Part shown: positions 27,640 to 41,350 of the stretch, in pieces
How positions within the stretch are numbered: position 1 is the first letter of the stretch
How the letters are laid out: each line of letters begins with the position of its first letter
NCBI GenBank assembly: GCA_008636045.1
Contig: SNRW01000008.1
Span: 1 to 49,791 of the forward strand
Direction of reading: 5' to 3'
Length of the DNA stretch: 49,791 bases
Origin: Streblomastix strix
Lineage: Eukaryota
The notes under the pieces: model-generated
Told to the model about the DNA's origin: nothing
Database searches by the model: none
The model's input: only the letters and a program-made list of their open reading frames with translations
Position numbers and translations under genes: made by a program

Positions 27640-30418
27640 TTTTTAATTATATAATGATCAGTATTAACACCATAAACATATGGTGAACAAGCCTGATTTC
27701 TAAGAACTATTGTTTTTGTATTGATACCGCTGATTCCAAATCTTTATTATATAACTTATGAAAATATTTCTTACTTATGAATTAATGAAGTATTATTGAC
27801 TTTTGTTATTATATTTTTGTTAGTTTTATCTTAGAATTATTTCTTATTTATTTATGAATTTTATTCTTATATCATTCCTATCAATTTCATAATAACTTTT
27901 TAATTCGTATTTCTCACTTCGTGATTAAGCCAAATAATTCTTGTTATTCTCCATATAATAACACTTTGGAGCTAATATTAAGCAAGTTGTAGCTTCTAAT
28001 TCAATATTCCACCGTATAATATTCTTAGTATTAGAATAATCATTGCTTGCTGGAAAGAAATGAGGATGTAACTCTTTCCATAATTTCATATCTTTAATTG
28101 GCCAACTCTCATGAGCTATAGCCAAGCATAAACTATCAGTATCACCTTAAATAACATGAATATAATCCATATCTAAGCAAATAATAAGAAAATTATAATA
28201 GGCATTGAGATAGAAGTACTTTGAGTTATCCATTGTAAAGTAAGCAACTTATAATGGTGTTGAGTATTAACACCTCTTCTTTTCTAATTCAATTATGAAG
28301 TAATTCTCAGAAATCTACTTGTCAGTAAGAAAAGTATTGGCCGTATGATGTTTCCATACGTTTTTCTTATTGCATAATCTGAAATCTTATTATTTCTCAG
28401 TGTTAATTGAATCATAAAAAAAAGTAATCACTTCAAGTTTATTTTTCAGTTTTTCACCTTTATTACCTTCAATATGAGGTTTACAACGAAGATTTATATT
28501 AGTTTTATCAAATTCATTGAATTAACAGTGTTTATTAAAGACAATGAGCTATTTAATATCATCAATCACTAACTGGCAACGATCAATAAGAAACCATAGA
28601 TAATAATTATTGAATTATATATATTCATCATGAGTTAATAATAGCATCATTAATTTTGTTACTTCCATATCATGTTACATGTTATTTTTAATCATATTTT
28701 CATATATATGTTCACCAATGGTCTCTTTATTAGAAGTTATCTTAAGATTACGCTAAATAATAGGAAAATTTATGAATTCATTGATGCATTCATCTGGTAT
28801 ATATGCTTTGATTTTTGCAATGAAAAGATGTACGTGCTTGTTTATGATGTTTTCATCAGAAGAGAATCGAAATTTATTGAATATGAATTAGTTGACTTAC
28901 TCTTAATCGTGAATGATATATTTAACTCCTCCTTGCATATACATACTACGCATTGTATAAAGAATTAATGGATGTTGCTCGTCACTCATGCAAGAATCAT
29001 TGAAACTGTTGAAATCTAAACAAATTATATTGTCAATGATATACAGAAATTAATAAGAAACAATGCTGGAATCTCGCTTATTAAATTTATGTATTTTTGT
29101 TTTACCAGCGATGTTTTCTCGGTGAATAACGAATGAATAGCTGCGAATCATATCATTATGAAGCAATTCATAAATTTATTAATCGGTAATTGTCATTGGT
29201 AAGCTATTTAATTCGCAAAATTTCCTTAATTAAATCATTAGTCTTGCAGTTTCTTTATCTTTGTTCGACGCATACTAATTACAATACAAACAATAAGGAA
29301 TAACATTTGTTTTTGAATGTGATTTTTCAATATCTATTCTATCAAGAGTTAGCTTAATATCATAAGTATATCTTGCCTAACACATGTGACAACGTTAAGT
29401 TGAGAAAATATTATGAAAATAATTGTAATCGTCTTTCGTTATATTGTGATTTATTCTTCGTTTTTTACATTTATCTTACTCATTGTAGGAATTAACTTTA
29501 GATTTTCAATAATCTAATGATAAAACAAAGAAATTCGCATTACCAATAGGATAATAACAGGAGGAAATATTAAAATTCTTATAGCAAAAGGCATATTTCT
29601 TTAAACAAGATAACTTTGCAAGAGAAATATTTTACAGTAAATCTATATGAAAATCTATGTAATCTTTAATTCTATTTTCGATTGCAGATAATAATAGTTG
29701 TGATTCTCTTTTTAAATCATTGATCGAGTCAATCTTCCCAATATCTCTAAGAAAATCATCGAATTCCATATTTGTACCAACATAATTCTTAGCATCATTG
29801 AATTCTAAATGAACGGAATTATCAGCTGATTTAACAATGATATGTATTGGGCAACCTCTTAGTCCAGGGCGGTCAATGATTTCATGCATAATTGATTTAA
29901 AATTCATAAATATTAGCGTTGTTGCAGATTTCATTCAGTCAAATCCAATAACCGGAACATCATAATATTGTGGAACCTCATCAGCATATTTATTATCATT
30001 ACGAATTTATTTTGCTTCAATGAATATCTGCTCAAACTATTTCTCAACATAGTTATCTTAGGACTGATCATAAAAAATTTATTTGATATAGTTCTTTGTT
30101 TTAATTGTTGATGCAACTATTGCAGGAGTAGGAATAGGATGATTTCTACCGGGAACTTTCTATATTTCAGTTTGAAACCTGAATGTTAAGTAGTATTATG
30201 TTGGTTTATACTCTGCTTTTTGATTGTGAGATAAGAGATATCTATATGTTTTATTAGATGTAACATGTGGAACAAATGGTTTCGGAAACTTCTTTAATGT
30301 AACATATTTAACAATTTTAATATTGTTTTACTTGCATTCTATCTTGTGTGTATCCATTTTTCGTTTAACATAATGACTTATATCTTACGAGAATATAGCA
30401 TGATTCTTATATGTGGGA
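27640..30418 (-). pseudogene. Protein-primed family B DNA polymerase, exonuclease and polymerase part
   Basis: VPVIGF (Exo II), ICLDFNS (motif A), HVIQGDTDSL (motif C), LAPKCY; stops and frameshifts. Confidence 0.9.
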
Positions 30419-33400
30419 ACTACTTTAAGGAATTCAATTTTTAAATAAAAGTGGGTTAGTTTTATATATAATAATAGTACTATATTTAAAAATATAGATA
30501 ACTAATAAAAATTTAAATAAAACTTGCAAATATTCCATATTCATGGAGATTATTCAAAAATAAATTAATGCTTATTTGAAATTTTTTTTTCAATCAAGAT
30601 ATAACTAGACAAATTATCTAAAAAATAGAATTATTATTATTTTAATTAAATAAATGCAAACACTTTTAATACTCATTTTTGCATTATTATCAATAAATTA
30701 TTACAATTTAGCAAATATTAATGCTCTGTGTATTAAAAGTATTACCAACATTAAATTTAATAAATAAATAATATAAATTAAATATATTTAATTTAAATTA
30801 TTAATTAATTCATTTATGTTATATTAATCTTATTATTTTATTAAACATTTGTAAATATAATCATCACTTTAACAGTTAATTTATCAAAACTTTTAACAGT
30901 TCATAATTTAAGAATTATATTTATTTATTAAATAACTATTTAATGAGCAATAAAAGCTTCATAATTATTACTTAATTTGCGTTTGAATTTATTTTAATAA
31001 AAAGTCTTTTTTTTGTTATTTCTACACAATCATGTTTTAAAATTGTTACTAATTTATGATATAAATAAAAACTTATTCATTTTTTCATAAAATCTAAATA
31101 AATTAATATCATATAGAAAAAATAAAAAAATTGAAAAAAATAAATGTTAATCGTAACTTGATAATTATTTATTTATAAATTTGAAAAATAAAAAAAATAT
31201 AAATTGAATGATAGAAAAAGTAGAAAACATGTAAAATATTTAATATAAAATGAAATACTTCAGGTAAAACATAAATTTAATTTCTTTGAAATAGATATTT
31301 AAAGAAAATGTAATAATAATATCTCTAAGAATTTGTTATGAGATCTACTCTATTAATGAAGATTACCTTTCAATACTTCAAGCATAAATCCTGTCAATTC
31401 TTTGATATGTTACTTTTGGAACATGATTTCCATTGTTTCACTCGCCTCAATAAGACGTCCTTCAGGATTTTGAACAAGTATGAGAGCAAATTATTCAGCC
31501 CATTCTCCTTTAACTTGACAAAGACCTCGAAATATGTCTCCATATGGTGCACGATATCCTGTTTGTTTACAGTATGCAATCAGTTTACCTAATTCACAAA
31601 GTTCTGCATATGTTTATACTGCTTTCTCAAGTGCACCACAAGATAAATATGCAGATAATGCGAAGTTCAAGTCAATGTTTCGAAGGAAACTACCAAAATG
31701 GTTCTGATACAGTGATCTTCCCATCTCTTAACCATCTTTCTGCCATGTCTTTATGTCATTATGGTTCAAATGGTCTGAATTACTCCTACGATTCTTATTC
31801 ATTCATTCGAGTTAGTTCAAATAACACAGTAAGATATTACATTTATGGTGGTGCTTCTCCTCCAATTGGTAATGCAGTCTTGAATCTTAGGATCGTTTGA
31901 GGTGTTATTAATACTTCTACAGGTTACAATAGCTGCCATTTTAGCCGCTTCAACATAATTCTATGCTAAGAAATTAGCTTCAAATTACTAAATAAATAAG
32001 TTTTCACATCCACTCAGCTTTGGACGACCTGTTATTCTAACTGCAAGTGGAACATTCTACAAATTCTATGTGATGTATGATACAATACCACGTTCATCAA
32101 CTTCAATCTAAAGTACTTATTCTTGTACATTCACTCCAATCAATCAATCTTCTATATGTTCACTAACAGATGTGAATATAAGAGATGTTGATATTTTAGA
32201 CATAACTACAAGAGTAGCTGTTCCATTCTCAAATGCTGATAGAATACCCATAGCAGATATTAGCAATATAAGTCCATATCTTTCTGAATAATCAATTGCA
32301 ACAGAGAAATCATTTGGATCAGAATAAATGACATCAGCTGATGCACGCAGTGCCGTCACTCCGGCTGCAATTGGACTAACTTCATTCATAAATAACTTAC
32401 TTCCAGCTGCAATATAGAATGATACATATTATGTATTCTTCTTCTCTCCATTATTGATCTACATACTTCTAATTAATTTCCCAATTATTTGGCTCATTGG
32501 TGATGCAAATAAAGACATCATACTCGTTTCTTATCTACTCTCAAGTTACTGAAATTCAATCCTGCAAGTTATGAAAGATAAATAAAAAGAATTTGAAGAT
32601 TTAACTAAATTTTAAATTTTCATTCATATATATTTGATGATAACACAAGTATAAATGATTTTTCATCAATTCATTTCAAATATTCAATGTTTTCTGTTAT
32701 CATTTTGGATTTTAACCTAGCGAGGAGGTCAAGATCATATATTTGAAATAATTATTTGAATATTTAAAAGAAAATTAATAATAAATTGAGTTTAGTTAAT
32801 GAAATAAATATCAAAAAACCACTATAATAAAGCAGATATTTAATTTCGGGTGTTGGATGATAATTTAAGTGAGTCAAAGTTTTGAACGTAATATCGTATG
32901 CTTCAATAATTGTGTAATTCTAGTTTATAATTATTTAAAAACTATACTAATATGAGAATTAATGTGGACAATTAATAGAATTAAAAAATTTAACAAATAT
33001 TATCAGAAAAAATAAAAAAATAAAATAAAAAAATTAAAATTCTCTTTTTTAATCAATATATATTAATAATTATTTAAATTTATGTTTGAATAAAAAATTA
33101 AATAATGTAAAAAGATATTCAATATTAAATATTTTGTTTGCCTATCACATAAAATGAGTACTTTAATTTCTGTATAGTTTTAGCTCACGATATGATTATT
33201 TATGAAGTTATTTATATGTAAAATAAATATAAATCTCTATATTTAATTAAAATATTAATTTAAATACTGAAATTAATATTCGTTTATTGATCAATTTGCA
33301 AAATATTTCTTTTCTTAATATTCTATTTCATTAAAATATAAAGCTGTTCTAAAATAGTTACTTATAATTTTAGTATAATTATAAAAAAATTTTAAATGTA

Positions 33401-33581
33401 TAATCATTATAAAATATTATGTTTTATATTAAAAAAAATTAAATTAAATTTTAGTTTATTGAATCTTTACGGTGAACAACTTCTGAACATTTTTCATAAA
33501 TTAATGTTTATGCATATTAGTTTCTGTTTTAAATTTTATTTTCAAAAAAAAACAAACCCTTTTTGAATTCATTTTAGTAGT
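30419..33581. mobile_element. Insertion into PolB with imperfect terminal inverted repeats
   Basis: Ends ACTACTTTAAGGAATTCAA and rc ACTACTAAAATGAATTCAA (16/19); AT-rich arms around a clathrin fragment; no TSD seen. Confidence 0.6.
31340..32560 (-). pseudogene. CHC: Clathrin heavy chain fragment (propeller end, linker, start of repeats)
   Basis: NDFSVAIDYSERYGLILLIS..G, IGVNVQEQVLQIEVDE..IVSYITQNLQN..LA, NYVEAAKMAA, TPQTILRF, ERWLRDGKI align with clathrin HC; stops and frameshifts. Confidence 0.88.
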
Positions 33582-35090
33582 CCTCAGATAGAACAAATTT
33601 TAACTCCTAATAACTTCTCAACTCCGATAATATACATGAGATGTTGATTTCCATCTACTTCATTAAGAAGAAGAATATTATAATCGCGTGCTGGTTAAGT
33701 TTCATTAGGAAAGTTAGCGAATAATTAGTATTCACAATGTGATTTAGCCGATTAATTGCCGTAAAGAATTTCGATATTCTTATCAAATTATTAACAATTA
33801 ATATTGATATTGAATTTCTAAGCAACTTTCAGTGAATCATCTCAGTTAAATCCTGAATATTTTTTAAGAAATTCATGTTAATCTTCCTTATCGACATTGT
33901 AAAAATCGAATAATAAACATTTGCCCTTAGCAATTCTTGAATATCGATTAATTTCAACACCTTTTTAATCAGGCATAGTTATGCATGTTAGATTATACCA
34001 GAAACAAGTATTATAATCATCATCGCAGTGAATATATTTTATGATGTTCTTCATATTCTTATGTATTGCAATGAGTTCATCCACATTTTTGCCCGGAAAT
34101 GGTAGTCTATAAGATATAATTTACATAAAAAATATGACATCCATAAGTTCTTTAGTATCCAGAAGTTATTTTCTAAAAGTTATTTTTTTACCGTTGTTTT
34201 CATCTTAGAATCGATATTTCAATTAAGATATTGTCTTGTTCCTTTTTTACATAGGAACATCATATTCATCTAGAATGAATTCACTTCTTTAAATTGCAGT
34301 ACCAAAATCAAAATCACACTTGAATGATCTTCCATTTTCATGCGTATAGACTCTTTCGATGAATAAGCCACAATCTTCTGATGAGGTGATGTGATTGTTG
34401 AAAAATTCAACTGTTACAGTAGTATGCTGACTCCCATCAGCATAATTTATGGATTCATCAGCATAATTAGCTCAATTATCTGCGATTACTTAAGATAGTA
34501 TATCAAATCTTGTTGATTTTGTTAGAAAAATGAATTCAGGATTCGTCTAAGAGAAATCATAGATCTTTGAATTATTATAATAATGAATCATCTTACGAAT
34601 TTCTTATCTGTTTCTTATTAGTATTTCACGTTCTTAAGGGTCCAAACTTGATTCAAAGCGTTAGAATCGTGCTTATAGTTATTCTTATTCCATCATTTCA
34701 ATGGAAAATTCTTATTCCAATCGTTATTCAAGATCTCTAAATTCCCTTTTGCGTTAATATTTTTATCATGCTTCTGCTATTTTCTATTTTTTAGTAGTGA
34801 AATTTGCATATGATTATTTATATTATTGTTTTCTTTACGCTAGTTGTTTCTTTTCGAAATCTTTTGGCAAAGGTTTTGCATTTTTTTCATATTCCAGTTT
34901 TGGGTAAATTCTTCGGGTTTTAATTATGGTGGAGGATGATTCTTACTTTACTTACGTGGAAGAGGTTGTTTTCGTTGGATAACAATATTAAGTTTTGCTG
35001 GTTTTTACTATCTATTTTGCTTTTATTTATGAAAATCTTTTGATAACGATTTTGCATATATTTTCTTTCTGGCTTTTGGTTTAAAACCAA
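33582..35090 (-). pseudogene. N-terminal part of pPolB (basic region, OTU-like domain, start of CxxC)
   Basis: DDDYNTCFWYNL ... NINI ... QHLMYIIGVEKLLGVKICSI*; joins in frame to 30418 when the insert is removed. Confidence 0.65.
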
Positions 35091-35388
35091 AATAGGCCAA
35101 TATCGTTAAGATTATACGCCGTGAGCCTCGAGGTCTGTCGAGTCGGTCTAAAAAATAATTTAGTATGAATTTTTAATTAATTTTAATTATTACGTTTTTT
35201 TATAAAAAAATTAATTATTGATAATTAAACTTTTTTTTTAAACAGTCATTTTAGTAAGTTGGCAAATGTCAGAATTAGGAAATGTCTCAAGTCGTCACGC
35301 CGCGAGCCTCGAGGTTTAACAAGTCGGTCCAAAAATAAATTCCAAATGCGATCATCTTCCGCCATCGACGGAATCTGTGGTTAAATTA

Positions 35389-38384
35389 ATGAAGTCTGCA
35401 ACAACGTTGTCTGCACATAATAGTTTGCATTTCACTCCAATCAAAGAAATTTATGAGTAAGATTCAGAAAATCAAAGAACACTAAAGTGGTTTAAAAAGA
35501 ACATATATGTATTACAATAGAAAAAACTTACCGTTGACTTTTTTAAACCATGTACAGCGTCAGACTAACTTATGATTGAAGTAAGTTGTAAATACTATAT
35601 TGCAGATAAATCCGTAAATGTGTATAGATATGAATGAGATCCAATAAAAAAGGTTTAGAAAGAGAAACAGATGAACTCAGACCTAGATAAATTCTATGAC
35701 ATATTTCTGTAATTTCAACAAACACCCGAATATAATGAAATATTATAAATAGAAACGGAATAAGAAGAAGAATGTTGATTACGTAAAGCATTATCTGATC
35801 TAAAATATTAGAATGAATAGATGAATATTGAGGCAGATCCTGAAAAGAAGGCTTAGATGTGGATAGACTTGTGTCTTATGCAGCATGATTTAGAAATTTA
35901 TCCAGTAGAATAGAAACATGTAATTTAGTATATAATGAAATAAGAAACTGTACTTAATAAATTAAAGAGATAATCAGAATAAGAAAATAAATAAACAATT
36001 GACGAAGGAGTTTTAATTGATAAAATCAACTTATATTACTATAATAAGATTGATTATGGAAAAACAGGAAAAACTATAACAGGATCTTGCATAAACATTG
36101 CAAAATGTCCTTGATTATCAGTGGTTGATATCGATATTAATAAATCATTAAGTAATGAATAAAGAAAAATAATCAGAGATGAAATCTTAGAAAAATTTAA
36201 TAAATCAAAGTTAAATGTAAGCTTAACTGAGACTGTGCATGGTGGATTACTTCTATATTGTAATATTGGATTTGAATTATTAGAGTAGAATTCAATAGTT
36301 GAGAAGATATATAATAATAAATATGATGTTGATATATTTGCAAGTGTTTAAGCATATTTCAATAAAGATTCTAAGGGAAGTTTGAGAAATATTGCATAGC
36401 CTGGAACTATAATTAAGGATAAAGTGAAAGATGCAATAACAGGAAAATGGATGAATGAAACAGACGAGATATTCACATATAAAGATCTAAATGACATATA
36501 TAACAAAAAAGATTTAAGTACTTTACAAGAAGTATTTGAGATATTAGATTTTGATATGGATGTGAAATACCATAAAAAACCTGAAATTAATGAAACTTTT
36601 AAATGGACTATTGATATGACAAAAGAATAAGCAGAAATATTAATAAATAGATTAAATAGCTTAGTTGTATATAATAATGCAAGGAGATCTGTAACTGAAT
36701 CAACTTTATTTGCGTTATTTTCATCAATAATTGGTTTAAAAGGTATTACACGAGTTGATGATGAGTATATTGATATGAGTTATGATAAAATGAAGTTAAT
36801 TCCTGGGTTAACAGAGAAAGCAAGATCAAACTTTAATAGCACTCGATATAAGTTTTGCGACAAATCATTTTTACTGCATTATTTATAGAAAATCGTTAAG
36901 TTTACAAATGAAAAATATTACTAGGAAGTATTCTTACAAACATTACGACACAAAACTGTATATTCTGAATAAGAAACAAAATAATAAACAAGTTGTGCAT
37001 AAAGTAGCGAAAGTTATTAATCAGAAAACGAAAATATAGATATAACTAAAATCATAATAAATAAGATAAATTTAACTGATTAATTTGAGTTATGCAGGTA
37101 TCTAAAATAAGATATTAAAGAATGATTATTAAAATATTGAAGATATCTTATCTGACATGACTGAAATCATGAATTATATGCACTTAGATAGTGATTCATT
37201 CCTTTTCAAACAATACAATAATATAGAAATGAAATATTCTATTGAATGTTAGAACAATGTTAATGTTTAGGATATTCTTCATAAGATTCTTGCCTAATTT
37301 AATAGAAAGAAGTCAAAACCACTATGGTAATTACAACTAACATGCAATTAAGTATTCCTTATTAAATAAATATAGTTTAAAAGTGATGATCTAAATGGGT
37401 TTTCTATGTTTAAAGTTAGAGATTCCAATAAGTTGATAAAATTAATATGGAATTAATATAGCCATATCAAAATCATATAATAGAAGTGATTTCATCAGAA
37501 AAAATTGCTGTTTAAGAATATATACTGAATTGGTTCTCTGCAATTATATAGCATCCAGAGATATAAACTCGGGTGTCAATAATATTAAGAGGAAGCTAAT
37601 GCTGCAGAAAGAATACTTTTACTGTTGTAATGTCTGAGTTATAATCTGGTTATTCATTGAGAAATATAACATCGTTAACTTCAGTAACAGAATAATTCAA
37701 TTAAATGCATGAAAATAAGGTATTTCTAGTGTTAAATGAGCTGAAAACATTCAGTAACGCAGTTGATCATGAAGCTGATAAACTTAAATCATTAATAACT
37801 GATCCAACACTAGAAATCCGTACAAAATTTCTTAATTCCAATATCACAAAGAACATATTAAATTTCATATTAGATTCCAATCATTTAGATCCTGTTCATT
37901 TAGATTAATCAGATAAACGTTATTTAGTATTTAACGTAATTCTAATTATAGAAAGAACTTTGAATACTTTAATAAGCTATTCTAGCATATAAATTAAGAA
38001 GATTTTTATGAAAATCTCTTAATATTCTTTATGAATCGTGATATATCCAAGTTTGACAAGAGAATTATACCATTAACCGAAGCGAAAAAGGAAATTATAG
38101 ATATTTCATTAGCGGACATTGATATATTCTGTATTAAATACTTTAAATAGTCAAAAGATGGTTAGTTATGCGAAGATGCAGTATAATGCTCATAAGAGTT
38201 TATGAAACCAGGAATATTCAGATTATAAATCCATAAGAACTTTGAAACAGTAATTAGGTCAAATCATGGTAAGAAACTTAGATATAGCGTTATTAAATAA
38301 GATAAATTGGAATAGTAATAAGAGTATTTCTATTAACAAGATCCAGAATATTCGTAAGTAATCAAAGTTAACGAAGATGATTGA
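35389..38384 (+). pseudogene. Prim-pol primase fused to SF3/DUF5906-like helicase
   Basis: LSVVDIDI, TETVHGGLLLY, DVDIF; EYILNWF...IILRGSQCCRKN (decayed Walker A), LVLNEL, KLKSLITD, SN...DKRYLVF. Confidence 0.85.
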
Positions 38385-38440
38385 GGAAAACATAGGCCGT
38401 AAAACGTCGTACTCAAAAAAGGGGGGTCAGATTGGCGTAA

Positions 38441-39013
38441 AAATGAAAAAGGGGACAGATTACAAAATATTTTTTTTAGACCGACTCAAGACTCCTCGAG
38501 GCTCGAGGCGTGACGAATTACTCAGTATTTCATTCTATTTTACCAACTATCAATCACTTCAAGTTTCGAGGTGTAAATCTCATCAAATCTATCACAAGAC
38601 TAACTTCTATCTCAAATTTCCAATATAAACACTGCATTTTTGAGAGAAGAGAGTTCTGGCTGAGTTTCATATAAATTTGTCAATAAATTTCCAACAATAA
38701 CTCAAATTAACTCCAAATAAACACAAAATCTCAAACTTTTACATTCTTCAATCTTACCCTTTTTGATTTTTAGAATGTATAACTCGTATACCAGGGGGTC
38801 ACATTTCAAAAATCATTTCCTAACAACTCATACCCCCTCGAGGCTCACAGCCTGACGGCTCACCTAATTGCCAATTCATAACCACAAATTTTAACACCAT
38901 ATTTCCACATATTAATTAATATTTTCTTGTAACTTTCTCACCTTTTTCACTACTAAACCACTCAAATCTTCCATTAATAAATCCTGCCATAAGCGACGCC
39001 AGAATTACCTTCT
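38441..39013 (-). repeat. Right terminal inverted repeat
   Basis: Reverse complement of 13360-13933. Confidence 0.95.
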
Positions 39014-39620
39014 TCTCATTTAATTTCAAATTAGATTCAGTAATTATATCAAACTCTTATGGATTTATTTTCGGCGAATTTTGAGGTTCAACACTAGTTA
39101 TATAATTATCAATCGTAGGACAATATAATTTTATTATCCCGATCGTCCGATAAGCAATTTATAATTATTGATTATATATGACGGACTATTTTGATTTCTG
39201 TATTGAAAAACTATAAAAAGTTTCCTTGGAATAAATTTTAATTAAAAATAGTACACTAATTAATTTTAACTATATTTAACATATTAAAAAAAATTACTGG
39301 AGGAGAAAAATAAAAAATATTTTTTTTATCAATTTTTTCTTTAACATAAAATTATTTAATATAATCGTTGATATATAATATAAATATTAATTTTAAACAA
39401 TTTTAAATAATATTAAACATTATAATTTATTTTTCAAAAAATTGTTACAAATTTTAAAAATAATCATTTATTTAACATATTCCTGATATAAAATAAAATT
39501 AATATATTAAAGACAATATTTATTGGTATTAATTGATTTTTATTTAATAATTTAATTTAAATTATTGATCTATCATCATAGATACTAAAAATAATATATT
39601 TAATTTGAAGTGTTACTGAA

Positions 39621-40473
39621 TCATCCTGAAATGACTGCTTGGACATATGGTGGGAAAAGTTGGAATGCATTAATTGCTTCAGTTTCTATTCCAAGATTCT
39701 ATAATTATTGAAAGAAAGTTAATAAAAATAAGAATATTAGTAAGTATATTCATATATATATAATAATATAAATAAAAAACTGAAGTTTCTAATAAAGGAA
39801 ATTTCTCAATGAGTGTAGAAATTAATATTGCTGCATCTCCATTTGATTCTTCAACTCGTAATGCCATTAAATAATATAATATAATAAATAATATTAAATA
39901 GTAATAAATATAAATTAATTATTTTCAATAAATAATAAATAATTAATAATTAATTATTATTTGATATACCAATTGTTGATATTTCTTTTTTATTAAAGTG
40001 ATTGAGCTGGCGGAGAATGAAGAGTTAAGTAAATAAAAAGAACTTTCATGAAGCAATTGGATCAATTTATATCAAAGGATTTCCACATTATTCAAATACA
40101 TTCCATGATTCTATTATACATTATATATAATAAATATTAAAAGGATAAATATAAATATTAATAATTAACAATATTTTATTATAAAATTTAATTAATATTA
40201 ATTTAATACCAAAGAATCTACATGTACTTTAAGCTTCTTCAAGTAATGCAATAATAAAACATCCTTATGAGAAGAATTCAAATCCGTTGGCAATGATAAC
40301 ATCATATATTTCAGTAATCTAATAATAAATAATATAAATATTGATTAAATAATTATATTACTATTATTTATTATTTAATTTAATACAAACTTTTCTTTGA
40401 ATTAAATCAATAAGTTTCTTAAATGCTCCATCTTCAACTATTTAAAATAATTATAATAAATAATATATAAAAA

Positions 40474-40549
<76 letters not shown>

Positions 40550-41350
40550 ATTATTATTGTGACTGTTATTATTATTATTATTTTTATTATTATTATTATT
40601 ATTATTATTAATACTATTATTATTATTATAATTAATTGTTAATTTCAAATTTGTTAATAGATTATCTATGATCCATGCAGAAGGAGCTAAATTTATTAAT
40701 TATTATATTGAAAGAATTGCATAAACAACACATTTATTAAGAATTGATGTTACTGACTATAATATAAAAAATAAAAATAAATAATAAATAATAATAATAA
40801 TATAATATATAATAATATATCTAATATTAAAAATAATCATAATTATTAATTTCAAACTTTCTATCCAGCGTCAGCTCCAGTTCCGCATTATTATTTTCCT
40901 TGTGTTCCTAATTAACTCCCTGGGTATTCTGCTGGAGGTAATTTCTTTGCAATTTGTCAAATATCTACACCCTATAATAATAAATATATTAAAATGATAT
41001 TTATAAATACATTTAAAATAATTAAATGAACTTTAATGCCAATATTTTGGGTATCTGTCTTTGGTTATATCATGTGAGGTGATCCTTTCGGCTTTGTTGA
41101 TATTATAACAGGATTAACTCTCTCTATAAAAGTTGAGATTATATTTAAAAATAAAAAATTTAGAAAATAATACCAAGTTTTAATGCTTTCTCAGCTACAT
41201 ACACTTCCTGACGCAGTTGCATAATTTTCTAATCCAAAAATAATAAGTAAATTATCAAATGATTTAATATTAAATAAGTAAATAAATTCAATTTCATCAT
41301 ATTTCATTAACTTTTTATGTATCTTCTTCGGTTTTCATTGAGCGTTCATG
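39621..41350 (-). CDS. Multi-exon host gene or pseudogene of unknown function
   Basis: About 8 GC-richer blocks separated by AT-rich, mostly GT...AG introns; last exons ALRVEESNGDAAIL.../NLGIETEAINAFQLFPPYVQAVISG*. Confidence 0.5.
40474..40628. repeat. (TAT)n microsatellite, probably intronic
   Basis: Long, slightly imperfect TAT run. Confidence 0.95.

Larger units (their letters stand above)
13360..39013. mobile_element. Polinton/Maverick-like endogenous dsDNA virus (~25.6 kb), degenerate
   Basis: ~570-bp TIRs with 5'-AG...CT-3' ends; possible decayed 6-bp TSD TCTCCG/TCTCAT; pPolB, RVE integrase, packaging ATPase and putative MCP inside. Confidence 0.92.

Noticed and set aside
8404..38384. 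TGA reassigned to Trp
   Set aside because: TGA ends genes normally, TGG is used for Trp, and internal TGAs co-occur with frameshifts and at non-Trp sites.
38377..38628. Track ORF overlapping the right TIR
   Set aside because: Lies mostly in the non-coding TIR; no protein-like features.
40451..40648. Poly-Asn ORF
   Set aside because: Translation of the (TAT)n microsatellite.
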